Source: Moraxella sp. (GTDB lineage Bacteria; Pseudomonadota; Gammaproteobacteria; Pseudomonadales; Moraxellaceae). From it: a stretch of DNA of 55,822 bases. The notes beneath the pieces are model-generated. The model was not told the origin of the DNA. It made no database searches and saw only the letters and a list, made by a program, of their open reading frames with translations. Positions within the stretch are counted from its first letter, which is position 1. Each line of letters starts with the position of its first letter. Of the stretch, positions 27,714 to 37,701 are shown one piece after another. The DNA lies in contig JBHBMT010000106.1 of the NCBI GenBank assembly GCA_041773075.1, forward strand, positions 1 to 55,822, in the 5' to 3' direction. A program made the translations under genes and the position numbers.

Positions 27714-29123
27714 TTAACGGCGATAATACAACTCAAACTCCAATGGGTGAACCACTTCGTTCATTTGGTGCACTTCTTCCATCTTAAGGGCAATGTACGC
27801 ATCAATCATCTCTTTGCTAAATACATCACCTTTTAACAAAAACTCATGGTCATCTTTTAGTGCTTTTAATGCCACTTCTAAGTTTTCGGCAACTGTTGGG
27901 ATTTGCGCCTCTTCCTCTGGGGGCAAATCATACAAGTTCTTGTCTGCTGCCTCACCTGGATGAATCTTGTTTTGGATACCGTCAATACCTGCCATCAGTA
28001 GCGCTGCAAAAGTTAGATAAGGGTTTGAGGCAGGGTCTGGGAAACGTGCCTCAATACGCACTGCTTTTGGGCTAGAGACGTGAGGAATACGAATAGAAGC
28101 TGAACGGTTGGAGGCAGAATATGCCAATTTAATCGGTGCCTCAAAGTGTGGTACTAAGCGCTTATAGCTGTTGATGGTAGGGTTGGTGATGGCATTTAAG
28201 GCGCGTGCGTGCTTAATGATACCGCCAACAAAATACAACGCTTCTGTAGAAAGACCTGCATATTCATCGCCAGAGAAAATATTGGTACCATCTTTGCTAA
28301 TTGACATATGCACATGCATACCTGACCCATTGTCACCAACCAACGGCTTAGGCATAAAGGTTGCTGTTTTACCAAATTGGCTGGCAACATTATGCACCAC
28401 ATATTTTAGCTGTTGTACTTCGTCTGCTTTTTTGACCAAAGTATTAAAAGACACACCGATTTCTAGCTGGCTTGATGCCACTTCATGATGATGTACCTCT
28501 ACACGCCCCTCACCCATAATGTCTTCAATGCGGTCACACATCACAGTACGCATTTCATAATAATGGTCAGCAGGAGAGTTTAGTGCATAAGCGCCTTTGA
28601 TGGCAGGACGATGTGCCAAATTACCCCACTGATAGTCGTTATTGCTTGACCATGCAGCCGCTTCTGAATTGATTTTGTAAGAAGCACCTGACATTTCAAC
28701 TGACCATTTGACTTCATCAAAGACAAAAAACTCAGGTTCAGGACCAAAAAATGCCGTATCGCCAATGCCTGTAGATTTTAGATAAGTTTCAGCACGGCGA
28801 GCGATAGAACGTGGATCACGCTCATAGCCTTGCATGGTGGCAGGTTCAATAACATCACAGCTTACCACAACCGTTGGTGCATCAGAAAATGGGTCAATAT
28901 AAGCACTGTCTGCATCAGGCAGTAGCACCATATCAGATGCTTCAATGCCTTTCCAGCCTGCCACCGATGAACCATCAAACATTTTACCATCTTCTAAAGT
29001 GTCTTCATCTACGGTATGCGCAGGAAAGGTTAAGCGCAATTCCTTGCCGTGAGTATCGGTAAAGCGAAAATCTACCCATTTGGCATTGGCAGATTCAATC
29101 AAGTCCAAAAGCTTATTTGACAT
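27714..29123 (-). CDS. glnA: Glutamine synthetase type I
   Basis: [47 protein letters not shown] adenylylation site. Confidence 0.98.
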   Translation of the reverse strand: MSNKLLDLIESANAKWVDFRFTDTHGKELRLTFPAHTVDEDTLEDGKMFDGSSVAGWKGIEASDMVLLPDADSAYIDPFSDAPTVVVSCDVIEPATMQGYERDPRSIARRAETYLKSTGIGDTAFFGPEPEFFVFDEVKWSVEMSGASYKINSEAAAWSSNNDYQWGNLAHRPAIKGAYALNSPADHYYEMRTVMCDRIEDIMGEGRVEVHHHEVASSQLEIGVSFNTLVKKADEVQQLKYVVHNVASQFGKTATFMPKPLVGDNGSGMHVHMSISKDGTNIFSGDEYAGLSTEALYFVGGIIKHARALNAITNPTINSYKRLVPHFEAPIKLAYSASNRSASIRIPHVSSPKAVRIEARFPDPASNPYLTFAALLMAGIDGIQNKIHPGEAADKNLYDLPPEEEAQIPTVAENLEVALKALKDDHEFLLKGDVFSKEMIDAYIALKMEEVHQMNEVVHPLEFELYYRR

Positions 29124-29313
29124 AGTAGCACCCTAATTAATCTAAAAAAAATAAATTACCACTTAATCAAGCATCTTGCATTATTGTTTTGCCCCTTAAG
29201 CAGTGATGACAAGTATAGAACACTTTTGAGCAAATTTCCAATAACAATAAGTTATTTATCACATAAAATACTTTAATAATAAGTTTTAATTATAAATAGC
29301 GCCATCACAGCAC

Positions 29314-29622
29314 TTAATCAGGCAATTTTAGGTTGGTATCATCAGGATTTAATCCAAAATAAAAGACCACCGTTGCCACCACGCTATTCACCAGCACATA
29401 CACCACATCTAGCGACTGATGCTTTAATACAAACAACGAAATCACAACCGATATTGCCACCATCAATACAGCACAACCAAGCAAATAAGGACGCAAAATA
29501 GGGTCGGTCACCTTATAGCGCCCTTGTTGGGTTTTGTTAGGTTTTAGGCGTTTGATATAAATCATAATCCCTGCCACATACATCACCATCCCCATCAACA
29601 AATACAAAAACATACCCATCAT
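29314..29622 (-). CDS. Small hypothetical membrane protein (3 TM)
   Basis: Three hydrophobic segments, co-oriented with neighbours. Confidence 0.7.
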   Translation of the reverse strand: MMGMFLYLLMGMVMYVAGIMIYIKRLKPNKTQQGRYKVTDPILRPYLLGCAVLMVAISVVISLFVLKHQSLDVVYVLVNSVVATVVFYFGLNPDDTNLKLPD

Positions 29623-29632
29623 ACACCCCTTT

Positions 29633-30157
29633 TTATTGACCACTATGCACGCCTGCACCTTTTAATTCCATAGGTACCTCATCACAAGGCACTTGATAGA
29701 TGGTATTCACCGCCCCTGCAATATTTACCACATAAGCGCTGTCAAGCTGTGGATTGATATTGACAGCAGCGTCCACGACTTTTGCCATCGCCATCACCTC
29801 ATCGGCTCGCGCAATAATGGCAGTCACCTCTGATTGATTTAGGTTGATGGCATTGGTGCTAAAATAACGCCACCCTTCTGCCACGCTGACGGTATTTAGT
29901 GCCTCTGGCGTATCCCAAATGGTTGGTGAGTTTTCTTTCATTTGCATGGCAAACACCGCCCCATCATGGCTGATTTTAATCTGGGCAGGCACATCTTTTT
30001 CTACACTATAACACCCCACAAAAACATCAGCATCAACAGCATTGGTTTGTTGTTGAGTGGTAGCATCTGTGGATACTGCATTGTCTGTAGGTGCTGCATT
30101 TTTATTGCACGCTACCAAGCATAAACCAGATAAGAAAATACACGCTAATTTATTCAT
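29633..30157 (-). CDS. Hypothetical lipoprotein
   Basis: MNK...LVAC lipobox, low-complexity linker, Cys pair. Confidence 0.78.
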   Translation of the reverse strand: MNKLACIFLSGLCLVACNKNAAPTDNAVSTDATTQQQTNAVDADVFVGCYSVEKDVPAQIKISHDGAVFAMQMKENSPTIWDTPEALNTVSVAEGWRYFSTNAINLNQSEVTAIIARADEVMAMAKVVDAAVNINPQLDSAYVVNIAGAVNTIYQVPCDEVPMELKGAGVHSGQ

Positions 30158-30241
30158 CAAAATTCCAGTCATCATCGGTTAAAATTACCTGTGCATTCTA
30201 TCAATAATCCCTGCGCTATGCCAGTTTTTGCCAACAAATAA

Positions 30242-30445
30242 TAGGTCATCCCAACACTTCATAACACGCATTACACTTTCAATCGTTTAGAACCAGTCTA
30301 GCGTTTTTGCATTAAAACTGGCTAACTCTTCGTTTTCATCGTCAAATTGCTTGTTGATATATTCATATCAATGGCACAATTTTTACTGAAACTTCTGCGA
30401 TTTTTCTTGAGTTTAATGACAAATATGAAATGTTGGGATACCCTA
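30242..30445 (+). mobile_element. MITE-like element family B
   Basis: TIRs TAGGTCATCCCAACA / TGTTGGGATACCCTA (13/15). Interior caatttttactgaaacttctgcgatttttcttgagtttaatg identical to the 33851 copy. Confidence 0.9.
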
Positions 30446-30454
30446 TGCTATAAT
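30446..30454 (+). promoter_or_regulatory. Extended -10 promoter (TGcTATAAT) of rnhA-dnaQ abutting the MITE end
   Basis: Perfect TGnTATAAT 26 nt before the ATG. Confidence 0.65.
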
Positions 30455-30480
30455 ATACTTTTTTCTTATTATCATGAATT

Positions 30481-31797
30481 ATGCTAACCCCTACTATTAT
30501 CTACACCGATGGCGCTTGCAAAGGCAATGGCAAAAGTGATGCCAGTGCTGGGGGCTGGGGTGTTTTTATTACCTATCCTGATGGTAGCGAACGCCATTTA
30601 TGGGGCGGAGAAGAAAATACCACCAACAATCGCATGGAGCTAATGGCTGCCATCAAAGCCCTAGAAGTGACAGATCCAGCCTTGCCCATACAGCTGTTTA
30701 CAGATTCAAATTATGTCAAAGAAGGTATTAGCAAATGGATTCATGGTTGGAAAAATAGAGGTTGGAAAAAATCCGATGGCACAGCCGTACTCAACCAAGC
30801 ACTTTGGCAACAGCTGGATGACCTAAGTCAGCATCGTGTCATTGATTGGCAGTGGCTCAAAGGACATGCAGGACATCAAGGCAACGAAATGGCAGATGCC
30901 CTTGCCAATAAAGGTGTCACAAGCCATGGCGATACCTTTGTAAGTCCCTCTCAAAATAACGCGCCTATGCCCACATCTGCACTCGCCACATCAGATATGC
31001 CCATGCCATCTTCACCCACCATCAACACAGAAACGCCCATGCAACACGATACCGCACTTTTACCTGCTTATGATGGCGATACCAGTCGCGCCAATCCTTA
31101 CTTTATTCCCACCCTGCCAGAGCCTATCAATCGCGGCGCACTAGAACGTCAGCTGATTATGGATACCGAAACCACAGGATTTGATGACCAAAACGGTGAC
31201 CGCATTGTGGAAGTGGGTATGATTGAGATGGTTGGACGTAAGTTTACAGGCGAAAAGCTGCACGTCTATCTTAATCCTGAAAAACACATGGATGCTGAGG
31301 TTATCAAGGTTCATGGCATTTCCAATGAGTTTGTGGCAGATAAGCCCAAATTTGCTGATGTTGCCAAACAAATTTATGAATTTGTAAAAGGTGCTCAATT
31401 GGTGGCTCATAACGCCAGTTTTGATATGCGCTTTTTGACCACAGAATTTGCCAAAGCAGGCTTCACAGATTTTGCCGAACACGTCAGCGTCCTTGATACC
31501 CTAGCCCTTGCCAAACAGCTCTATCCAGGACAAAAAAATTCTCTAGATGCACTGGTCAAAAGACTTGACGTTGGCAAAAAAGACCGTACCTTTCACGGGG
31601 CATTATTAGACTCTGAGATTTTGGCAGAAGTCTATTTGGCAATGACAGGGGGACAGGTGTCACTGGACATTGATGAAGAGGTGAATACTGGCGAGGAAGT
31701 CACACACCAAAGCTTAGCGCATCTTGCTCATCTGCTCACCAAATGCGCCATTGATACACAAGCTGACCATGATTGGCGAGCCAATGTATTAAAATAA
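30481..31797 (+). CDS. rnhA-dnaQ: Fused ribonuclease HI / DNA polymerase III epsilon subunit
   Basis: N-terminal YTDGACKGN, TNNRMEL, TDSNYV, GHAGH.GNE.AD. C-terminal DTETTG, HNASFD, HGALLDSEIL, MTGGQ. No stop between the two domains. Confidence 0.95.
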   Translation: MLTPTIIYTDGACKGNGKSDASAGGWGVFITYPDGSERHLWGGEENTTNNRMELMAAIKALEVTDPALPIQLFTDSNYVKEGISKWIHGWKNRGWKKSDGTAVLNQALWQQLDDLSQHRVIDWQWLKGHAGHQGNEMADALANKGVTSHGDTFVSPSQNNAPMPTSALATSDMPMPSSPTINTETPMQHDTALLPAYDGDTSRANPYFIPTLPEPINRGALERQLIMDTETTGFDDQNGDRIVEVGMIEMVGRKFTGEKLHVYLNPEKHMDAEVIKVHGISNEFVADKPKFADVAKQIYEFVKGAQLVAHNASFDMRFLTTEFAKAGFTDFAEHVSVLDTLALAKQLYPGQKNSLDALVKRLDVGKKDRTFHGALLDSEILAEVYLAMTGGQVSLDIDEEVNTGEEVTHQSLAHLAHLLTKCAIDTQADHDWRANVLK

Positions 31798-32191
31798 ACC
31801 ATCACTTTGGTGACGTTTGTGCCCAAATTTAAGGCAATTTGTCGCTTTTTATATAAAATATACTTGCACATCCCCAACAAACATGATGTAATGATAGGAT
31901 TGTGTGTGATTTATCCTATAAATGCGCCAAAGTGTATTCACATTCACAATAGGTCAATTTTTTGATAAACTATGCACTCTTTATCTTAATTTTTCTAAAA
32001 ATGGCTGATGCTTGATTTTATTAGAAATGAGTTTGATAATATTTAAATATTATCCATGCTAAACACCCCAAAAGCTTGGTGATATCTCTGATTTATTAGC
32101 AAAAATACTCTTAAAAAAACATACCAACATCTTCTAATAACTTGATACAAAAGCCTAAATTCAACCCCTCTTTGAGCTCACTAGGATTCTT

Positions 32192-33853
32192 ATGAAACTG
32201 TCAGCCGAACCTGCCATTATCAGTACCACAAATTTTGATTTACCCTCGGTACATATGTTGTTACCTGAAATTGATGTGGCACTAAAAGACGCAGAAACCA
32301 GTCTAAGCGAATTTTATGACGACAAAGATAAATTGCCTTTGTTGCAAGATTCAGCAACAGTTCTTGAGCAGCTGGCTGCTATTTTTGGCTTAATTCGCTT
32401 CAAAGGCGCCAGTGAGCTTGCTGATGCCATCGCCAAAAATCTAAACAAGCTCCACACCTTAGAGGATGCCAATGATCATACTTTGATTATGGACATCTCT
32501 GAAGGTATTATGATTTTGGGGCGCTATGTAGAATTTGTGCTACTCAAAGAAATGCTTGAGCCTTCTTTGTTATTGCCTATTATCAATAAGCTACGAGCGC
32601 ACCTAGGTGAGCCTGATATTACCAGTGAAGAGCTATTTAGTCCCAATAACAGCATTTCTATCACCAATCCCCAAAGTCATTATCAGTCCTTGGTTAGCTT
32701 GGGATTGGACGTCAATAGCTTGGTGGCTGCCTATCGCGCAGGGTTGGGTGTTGTTTTGAGCAAAGACACCTTAGATGCCAATGATCGTCAAAAAGTAGAA
32801 GCCCTAAGTGCTGTTTGTCAAGAAATCGCCTCTCATTCTGATACCCTATTTTGGCAATCAGCCGCCATCTTAACTCACAATTTGGTCAATCAATTACCTC
32901 TTAGTAACGCCAAAAAACGTGTGTTAATTTATATTGAACAACAACTAAAAGATTACTTACCCATTCATGATCGTCGCTTCGCCGATTTGGTTGGATTTGC
33001 CTGCGGTCAAAGCGATGAATTTGCACAATTAGCACAAAAAAAATATGGGCTAAATCAATTTAGCAAAGCTGAACAACAAGAGCTGCATCGCTTTTTGTTC
33101 GGTCCTGACCGTGAAATTACAGACACGCTCAACACCCTAATCCAAGATGAAATCATTGCCATCAAAGAAAAAGTAGATGCCTTGGTGCGCAATGACGAAT
33201 TGGCGCATACCATTACCACTGCCGATATTGCCAAAAATATCCATACCCTTAGCCAAACACTTCAGCTAATCAATCTTGGCGAAGCAGCCGATGCCCTAGC
33301 CTCTGCCGCCGCCAAAGTGAGTCAATGGCAGACCCCCACCCCTGATGATTTTGATGACTTATTGGCAGAATTAATGATTGCTGAAAACGCCGCTATCTTT
33401 ATGGCAAAAACCCACACGCCAGGTGCAGTCAAGCTTCCTTTGCATAATCGCAACATCTCATTACATCAGCTAGACACTGCTTATGACACACTGATTAAAG
33501 AAAGTCGCACCAATCTTGCTACCGTCTGTCAAGCCATCACTGACTATATCGCCGATGATACTCACGACAAACTCCACCTACAAAACACCCCTGAAGCCTT
33601 AGCGCAAGTCGTGGGTGCAGCAGAATTTTTGCGACTGCCCATCATGGCGCAGATGTTACGCAGACTCTCTCGCTACCTAGATGGTTACGTTAGTGAAAGT
33701 GCAGAGCCTTTAAACTTAGATAAATTAGCCCAGATTGCTGATGTAATTGTTGCTGCCGATTATCAGTTTGAAGGACAAGAATACAATCGCCCCATCAACA
33801 AACAGGCACTACACCTTGGCACTCATAGCCTCAATCGCTTGGTAAGCAATTAG
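32192..33853 (+). CDS. All-helical protein resembling FimL / ChpA N-terminal Hpt-like domains
   Basis: About 550 aa. EID.AL..AE..L..F, I.GL..F.GA..LA, IIAIKE.VD, ESR.NL...QAI.DY patterns. Recognised from memory only. Confidence 0.55.
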   Translation: MKLSAEPAIISTTNFDLPSVHMLLPEIDVALKDAETSLSEFYDDKDKLPLLQDSATVLEQLAAIFGLIRFKGASELADAIAKNLNKLHTLEDANDHTLIMDISEGIMILGRYVEFVLLKEMLEPSLLLPIINKLRAHLGEPDITSEELFSPNNSISITNPQSHYQSLVSLGLDVNSLVAAYRAGLGVVLSKDTLDANDRQKVEALSAVCQEIASHSDTLFWQSAAILTHNLVNQLPLSNAKKRVLIYIEQQLKDYLPIHDRRFADLVGFACGQSDEFAQLAQKKYGLNQFSKAEQQELHRFLFGPDREITDTLNTLIQDEIIAIKEKVDALVRNDELAHTITTADIAKNIHTLSQTLQLINLGEAADALASAAAKVSQWQTPTPDDFDDLLAELMIAENAAIFMAKTHTPGAVKLPLHNRNISLHQLDTAYDTLIKESRTNLATVCQAITDYIADDTHDKLHLQNTPEALAQVVGAAEFLRLPIMAQMLRRLSRYLDGYVSESAEPLNLDKLAQIADVIVAADYQFEGQEYNRPINKQALHLGTHSLNRLVSN

Positions 33854-34055
33854 GATGTCCTGACACTGCTAACACTGCTTGCAATTAGCAATCATTGAGA
33901 ACCAAACTGGCGTTTTTGTATTAAACCTAGCTAACCTTTAAGTTTCATCATCAAATTGTGTTGTTGATATGTTCATATCAGTAGCGCAATTTTTACTGAA
34001 ACTTCTGCGATTTTTCTTGAGTTTAATGGCAAGTACAAGATGTCAAGATGCCCCA
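33851..34055 (+). mobile_element. MITE-like element family B overlapping the upstream gene's stop codon
   Basis: TIRs TAGGATGTCCTGACA / TGTCAAGATGCCCCA. Interior homologous to the 30242 and 53792 copies. Confidence 0.88.
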
Positions 34056-34131
34056 ATCTTACTCCCATTTAATCCTGATACACAAGCTTGCTTAGGCAGG
34101 CTTGTTCTATCTTTGTAAAGTCCACACCCTT

Positions 34132-35001
34132 ATGTCTATACCCTCTTCACTGTCTGCATGGATTGTTGATTGCCAACAAACCGCCTTACTGGTAGATAAG
34201 TACCATGCACCTAGCCAGCTTATAATTAGCCACACTCTATTGGAGCGATTGCCTGACGCTAGTATCGCACAGCTACGCCCCACCACTCTTAACCCGCAAT
34301 TTAGACACCCAAAAAGCCATCCTGATGTGGTGATTGAATTGCATAGCTTGATTCAGCTAGGTATTGTATCGCGGACGCAAGAAGGCTATCGCCTCAATCA
34401 GCAAACACACACGCTGCTGCCGTATCGCCAACTGGTATCGCACCTACCCACGCCCCAAGCCATGTTAGCCAGTCACGCCATTCAATTATTGCGTCATCAT
34501 CAAGAACATCGTTATTGCAGTCGGTGTGGCACAAAAGCCCACCCCCACCCTAATGAATACGCCAGTGTCTGCCCTGCGTGTCATCACCACAGTTATCCAC
34601 GCGTTCAGCCCTGTGTGATTACTGCCATTTTGCGTCATAGCTCCAGTCATACCCCACAATTACTATTAGCGCAGCATCACCGACATCGTGACGGTATGTA
34701 TGGGTTGATTGCAGGGTTTGTGGAGATTGGTGAGTCGCTAGAGTCCGCTGTGGTGCGCGAAACCATCGAAGAAACAGGAATAATAGTGACCAATGTGCGC
34801 TATTTTACCAGCCAGCCTTGGCCATATCCCACCAACCTAATGACCGCTTTTTTGGCAGACTATGACACAGGGGAAATTTGCATTCAAACAGAAGAGCTTG
34901 CCAATGCAGAGTTTTTTAGCTTGGATAATTTGCCAAAAATCCCTCCTGTTGGTACAATTGCCCGCACATTAATTGACCATGTGTGCCATATTTATGGTTG
35001 A
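34132..35001 (+). CDS. nudC: NADH pyrophosphatase / NAD-cap decapping Nudix hydrolase
   Basis: CSRCG..CPAC zinc finger, YPRVQP, AGFVEIGESLE..V.RET.EETG Nudix box, SQPWPYP. Confidence 0.93.
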   Translation: MSIPSSLSAWIVDCQQTALLVDKYHAPSQLIISHTLLERLPDASIAQLRPTTLNPQFRHPKSHPDVVIELHSLIQLGIVSRTQEGYRLNQQTHTLLPYRQLVSHLPTPQAMLASHAIQLLRHHQEHRYCSRCGTKAHPHPNEYASVCPACHHHSYPRVQPCVITAILRHSSSHTPQLLLAQHHRHRDGMYGLIAGFVEIGESLESAVVRETIEETGIIVTNVRYFTSQPWPYPTNLMTAFLADYDTGEICIQTEELANAEFFSLDNLPKIPPVGTIARTLIDHVCHIYG

Positions 35002-35036
35002 TTATTTTATTAATTCACTTCTAAATAATTTATACC

Positions 35037-35840
35037 ATGCCCAAAACCTCTTTTTTTGATGAGTTACCTGTCTTATTTGATGAATTACACCTTGAACGTC
35101 TAAGTGATGACAAAAAAGCGTTATTAGAGCAAATTGATGCTTTATTGCCTCAAACGCAATGCGGCTTATGTGGCTATCGTGATGGCTGCCTGCCTTATGC
35201 CCATGCCATTGTGACCAAGCAAGAAGCCATTCATTTGTGTGTGCCAGGAGGTGATGAAACCGCTCGCGCCATCGCCACCTTAACACATCGCCCTATACTG
35301 CCTGCCACACCCTCCAAATGGGCAATAGATTCCCAAAAAAACCGTCCTATCGCCATGCGCGCCATCATTGATGAAGACAGCTGTATTGGCTGTACCAAAT
35401 GCATTCCTGCCTGCCCTGTAGATGCCATTATTGGCACCGCCAAACACATGCACAGTGTGATAGAATCACTTTGTACAGGGTGCGAGCTTTGCCTACCCCC
35501 CTGTCCTGTTGATTGTATTAGTCTTGTTCCCAACACCAATGATTTAAGCGATACAAAAGCCTTTAGGCAGCGCTATCATGCTCATCTAAATCGCAGCGCC
35601 AAACGCCTAAGCGGTGGTGATGGTGCGCCTGTGGTCAGCCATAGTCAAAGTAAACTTGCCAGTATGGTAGCAGGCGATACCACCGCCATCAACCAACAAA
35701 CCGCCCAGCAAACCATTGCCCAAGCCAAGTTGCGCAGTCAAATCAAAAAACTCACCAAGCAGCTTGCCGCTCGCCCTGACAGCGCCAAACAAGCTGAACT
35801 GGACCACCTTATCCAAACACTCCATTCTTTAACCCAATAA
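35037..35840 (+). CDS. RnfB/RsxB-like iron-sulfur protein
   Basis: LLPQTQCGLCG...C.PYA...C.PGG plus two CxxCxxCxxxCP ferredoxin motifs. Confidence 0.88.
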   Translation: MPKTSFFDELPVLFDELHLERLSDDKKALLEQIDALLPQTQCGLCGYRDGCLPYAHAIVTKQEAIHLCVPGGDETARAIATLTHRPILPATPSKWAIDSQKNRPIAMRAIIDEDSCIGCTKCIPACPVDAIIGTAKHMHSVIESLCTGCELCLPPCPVDCISLVPNTNDLSDTKAFRQRYHAHLNRSAKRLSGGDGAPVVSHSQSKLASMVAGDTTAINQQTAQQTIAQAKLRSQIKKLTKQLAARPDSAKQAELDHLIQTLHSLTQ

Positions 35841-35846
35841 TCTGAT

Positions 35847-37148
35847 ATGAAAAACACACAGCCATCACCCCCCATTGCCGTTCACGACTTAGAGTTATTA
35901 GAATTGATTCGCCGTCTTGAACGCGTTGATTTTGTGTTTGATACCCATTCTGATGATGCCACCAAAAGCGCTCAAGCTCATGATGGCAGCCCTATGGACA
36001 AACTTGTGTTTCGGGCACACGCTCTTGACAAACAAGGTACTTATTTACGCACTTTACAACACCTTCATGGCAATAAACGTCTTGTTGGTAGTGTTTATGC
36101 ACTTTTGTATCTTATTTTTGGATTTGTAGGTGCTTTTGGATTACTTATTGGGCATTGGATTAACTTTTTTTATCTATTGATGGCTTTATTGGGGTGGCAC
36201 ACGCTTTCTTTGTTATTTTGGCTAATTCGCCCCAAAACCACACCGCTATTTGGTGTAGCTGCCAAGTTTATTACCACCTTACAAAGCAAACTTACACCCA
36301 ATGACACCTTGGGCAAAACCGCACTTGCCGTCATTATGGATAAAGAAGAGCCCATTCGCCACTGGCAAATTGCCAGTCACATTCATAAAGCATGGGTTTT
36401 TGCTTTGATGGGCAATATCTTGGCACTCTTTGGACTGTTTTTGTTCAAAAGTTATACATTTGTTTGGGAATCTACCTTGCTTACCCAAGCCCATATGGCA
36501 AAACTTATTTACCTCATCGGCTACATCCCCTCGTTATTAGGGTTTGCATCACCTAGTACACAGCAGCTTATTTCAGGCGATGCAAATCCTGCTGTTATCG
36601 CCAAACTGATTATCATCAGCTTGGTTATCTATGGATTATTGCCTAGGCTATTGGCATGGGGATATTGTCTTTATAAGATACGCTCTTATACTTATACGAT
36701 TGACAAAACCCTATATTATTATGAAAATTTATTTAGAAAATTTAATCAAAATATTGTCAGTCCCGATGATTTTTGCCAAACAGCGCCCATCAAAGTACCT
36801 ACCAAAGCCATCATCGCTCAAGGCAAAAAGATTGTGGCAACGCTTGAATTAGCAGAAGCAGACAGCTGGTATCAATTTGGGGCAGGTCACAATGTTATCA
36901 ACCTTGGTGCTTTGGACGAGGCAGCAGATTTTGAGCGTTTGCGCCATGCCATTGCCACCTATGAACACCAAGTGTATCTTGGTATTGACAGTCGCTTATT
37001 GCCTGACCGTGGTTTGGTAAGAAAATTAGGCACCATTGCTTCCTTGGCGCGCTATGGGGTGATTGTAGAATTGCTACACCAAGGTGAGCATTATCAAGCA
37101 TGGCAACAAACACTCATTGAGATGAACCTAGCTCAAGTATATTATTAG
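35847..37148 (+). CDS. DUF2868 domain membrane protein
   Basis: Y.FVWESTLL, YGLLPRLLAW, PDRG..R.L motifs. Confidence 0.75.
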   Translation: MKNTQPSPPIAVHDLELLELIRRLERVDFVFDTHSDDATKSAQAHDGSPMDKLVFRAHALDKQGTYLRTLQHLHGNKRLVGSVYALLYLIFGFVGAFGLLIGHWINFFYLLMALLGWHTLSLLFWLIRPKTTPLFGVAAKFITTLQSKLTPNDTLGKTALAVIMDKEEPIRHWQIASHIHKAWVFALMGNILALFGLFLFKSYTFVWESTLLTQAHMAKLIYLIGYIPSLLGFASPSTQQLISGDANPAVIAKLIIISLVIYGLLPRLLAWGYCLYKIRSYTYTIDKTLYYYENLFRKFNQNIVSPDDFCQTAPIKVPTKAIIAQGKKIVATLELAEADSWYQFGAGHNVINLGALDEAADFERLRHAIATYEHQVYLGIDSRLLPDRGLVRKLGTIASLARYGVIVELLHQGEHYQAWQQTLIEMNLAQVYY

Positions 37149-37560
37149 GGTATATTTACCGATTTAATGAGAATCACACTTTGAAAAATTGTCAGTCTTT
37201 TTGGCTGACACACGCTTTTGCGGTGCCAATAGTATAAGAACCTGTTTACAATGAATGACGCTGTCATATTTTTGTAGAATATTGCATTAAAAGTGCTTGC
37301 TTTTTTGCCCAAAATGGTGAACTCTTGCGGCTCGATGTCAAAAACTTACTTGATAGAATAACTATCGATCTACATTTTTTCCTTGAAAGCTGACAATCCA
37401 TCTCATTTTTGCCTAAAAAAATTAATTGGGAGCAGAGTAAGGCTTGACAACAAAAGATAAATATTAGACTATTTTTGCCAAAGTCGCACACCTGCCAACC
37501 AAAACAACCCTTTGTTAAACCATCTTGCATACCAAAATGTGCAACCTACCAAACGCCCTA
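37146..37560. mobile_element. Degenerate outer palindromic element that appears to host the family A copy
   Basis: Starts TAGGGT at the DUF2868 stop and ends AAACGCCCTA. Arms either side of the insert are imperfectly complementary. Confidence 0.4.
37235..37440 (-). mobile_element. MITE-like element family A, copy 2 (inverted)
   Basis: Matches the reverse complement of 49038-49245 over ~190 nt (taagaacctgttt.caatgaatga..ttttgtagaatatt.cattaaaa..ttttttccttgaaagct..atttttgcctaaaaaaattaat). TAA at both ends. Confidence 0.88.
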
Positions 37561-37701
37561 CAACACCTTCACATTGATAGGGCAAGAGCGTTCAATTAGC
37601 ACCCCATCACACCCCAAAACCACCACTCTGCGCAAACCTGCTACTTTTTTTTTGCTTTTTGCACTATAATATAAAGTTTCTATTGCCATGATGGATGTTA
37701 A

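Noticed and set aside
29124-29313. sigma54/NtrC promoter for glnA
   Set aside because: I could not find a GG-N10-GC element with correct spacing and context.
31930-31952. CRP/Vfr-like site (TGTAT-N6-TCACA) upstream of the FimL-like gene
   Set aside because: One half-site is poor and it is far from the start codon, so support is insufficient.
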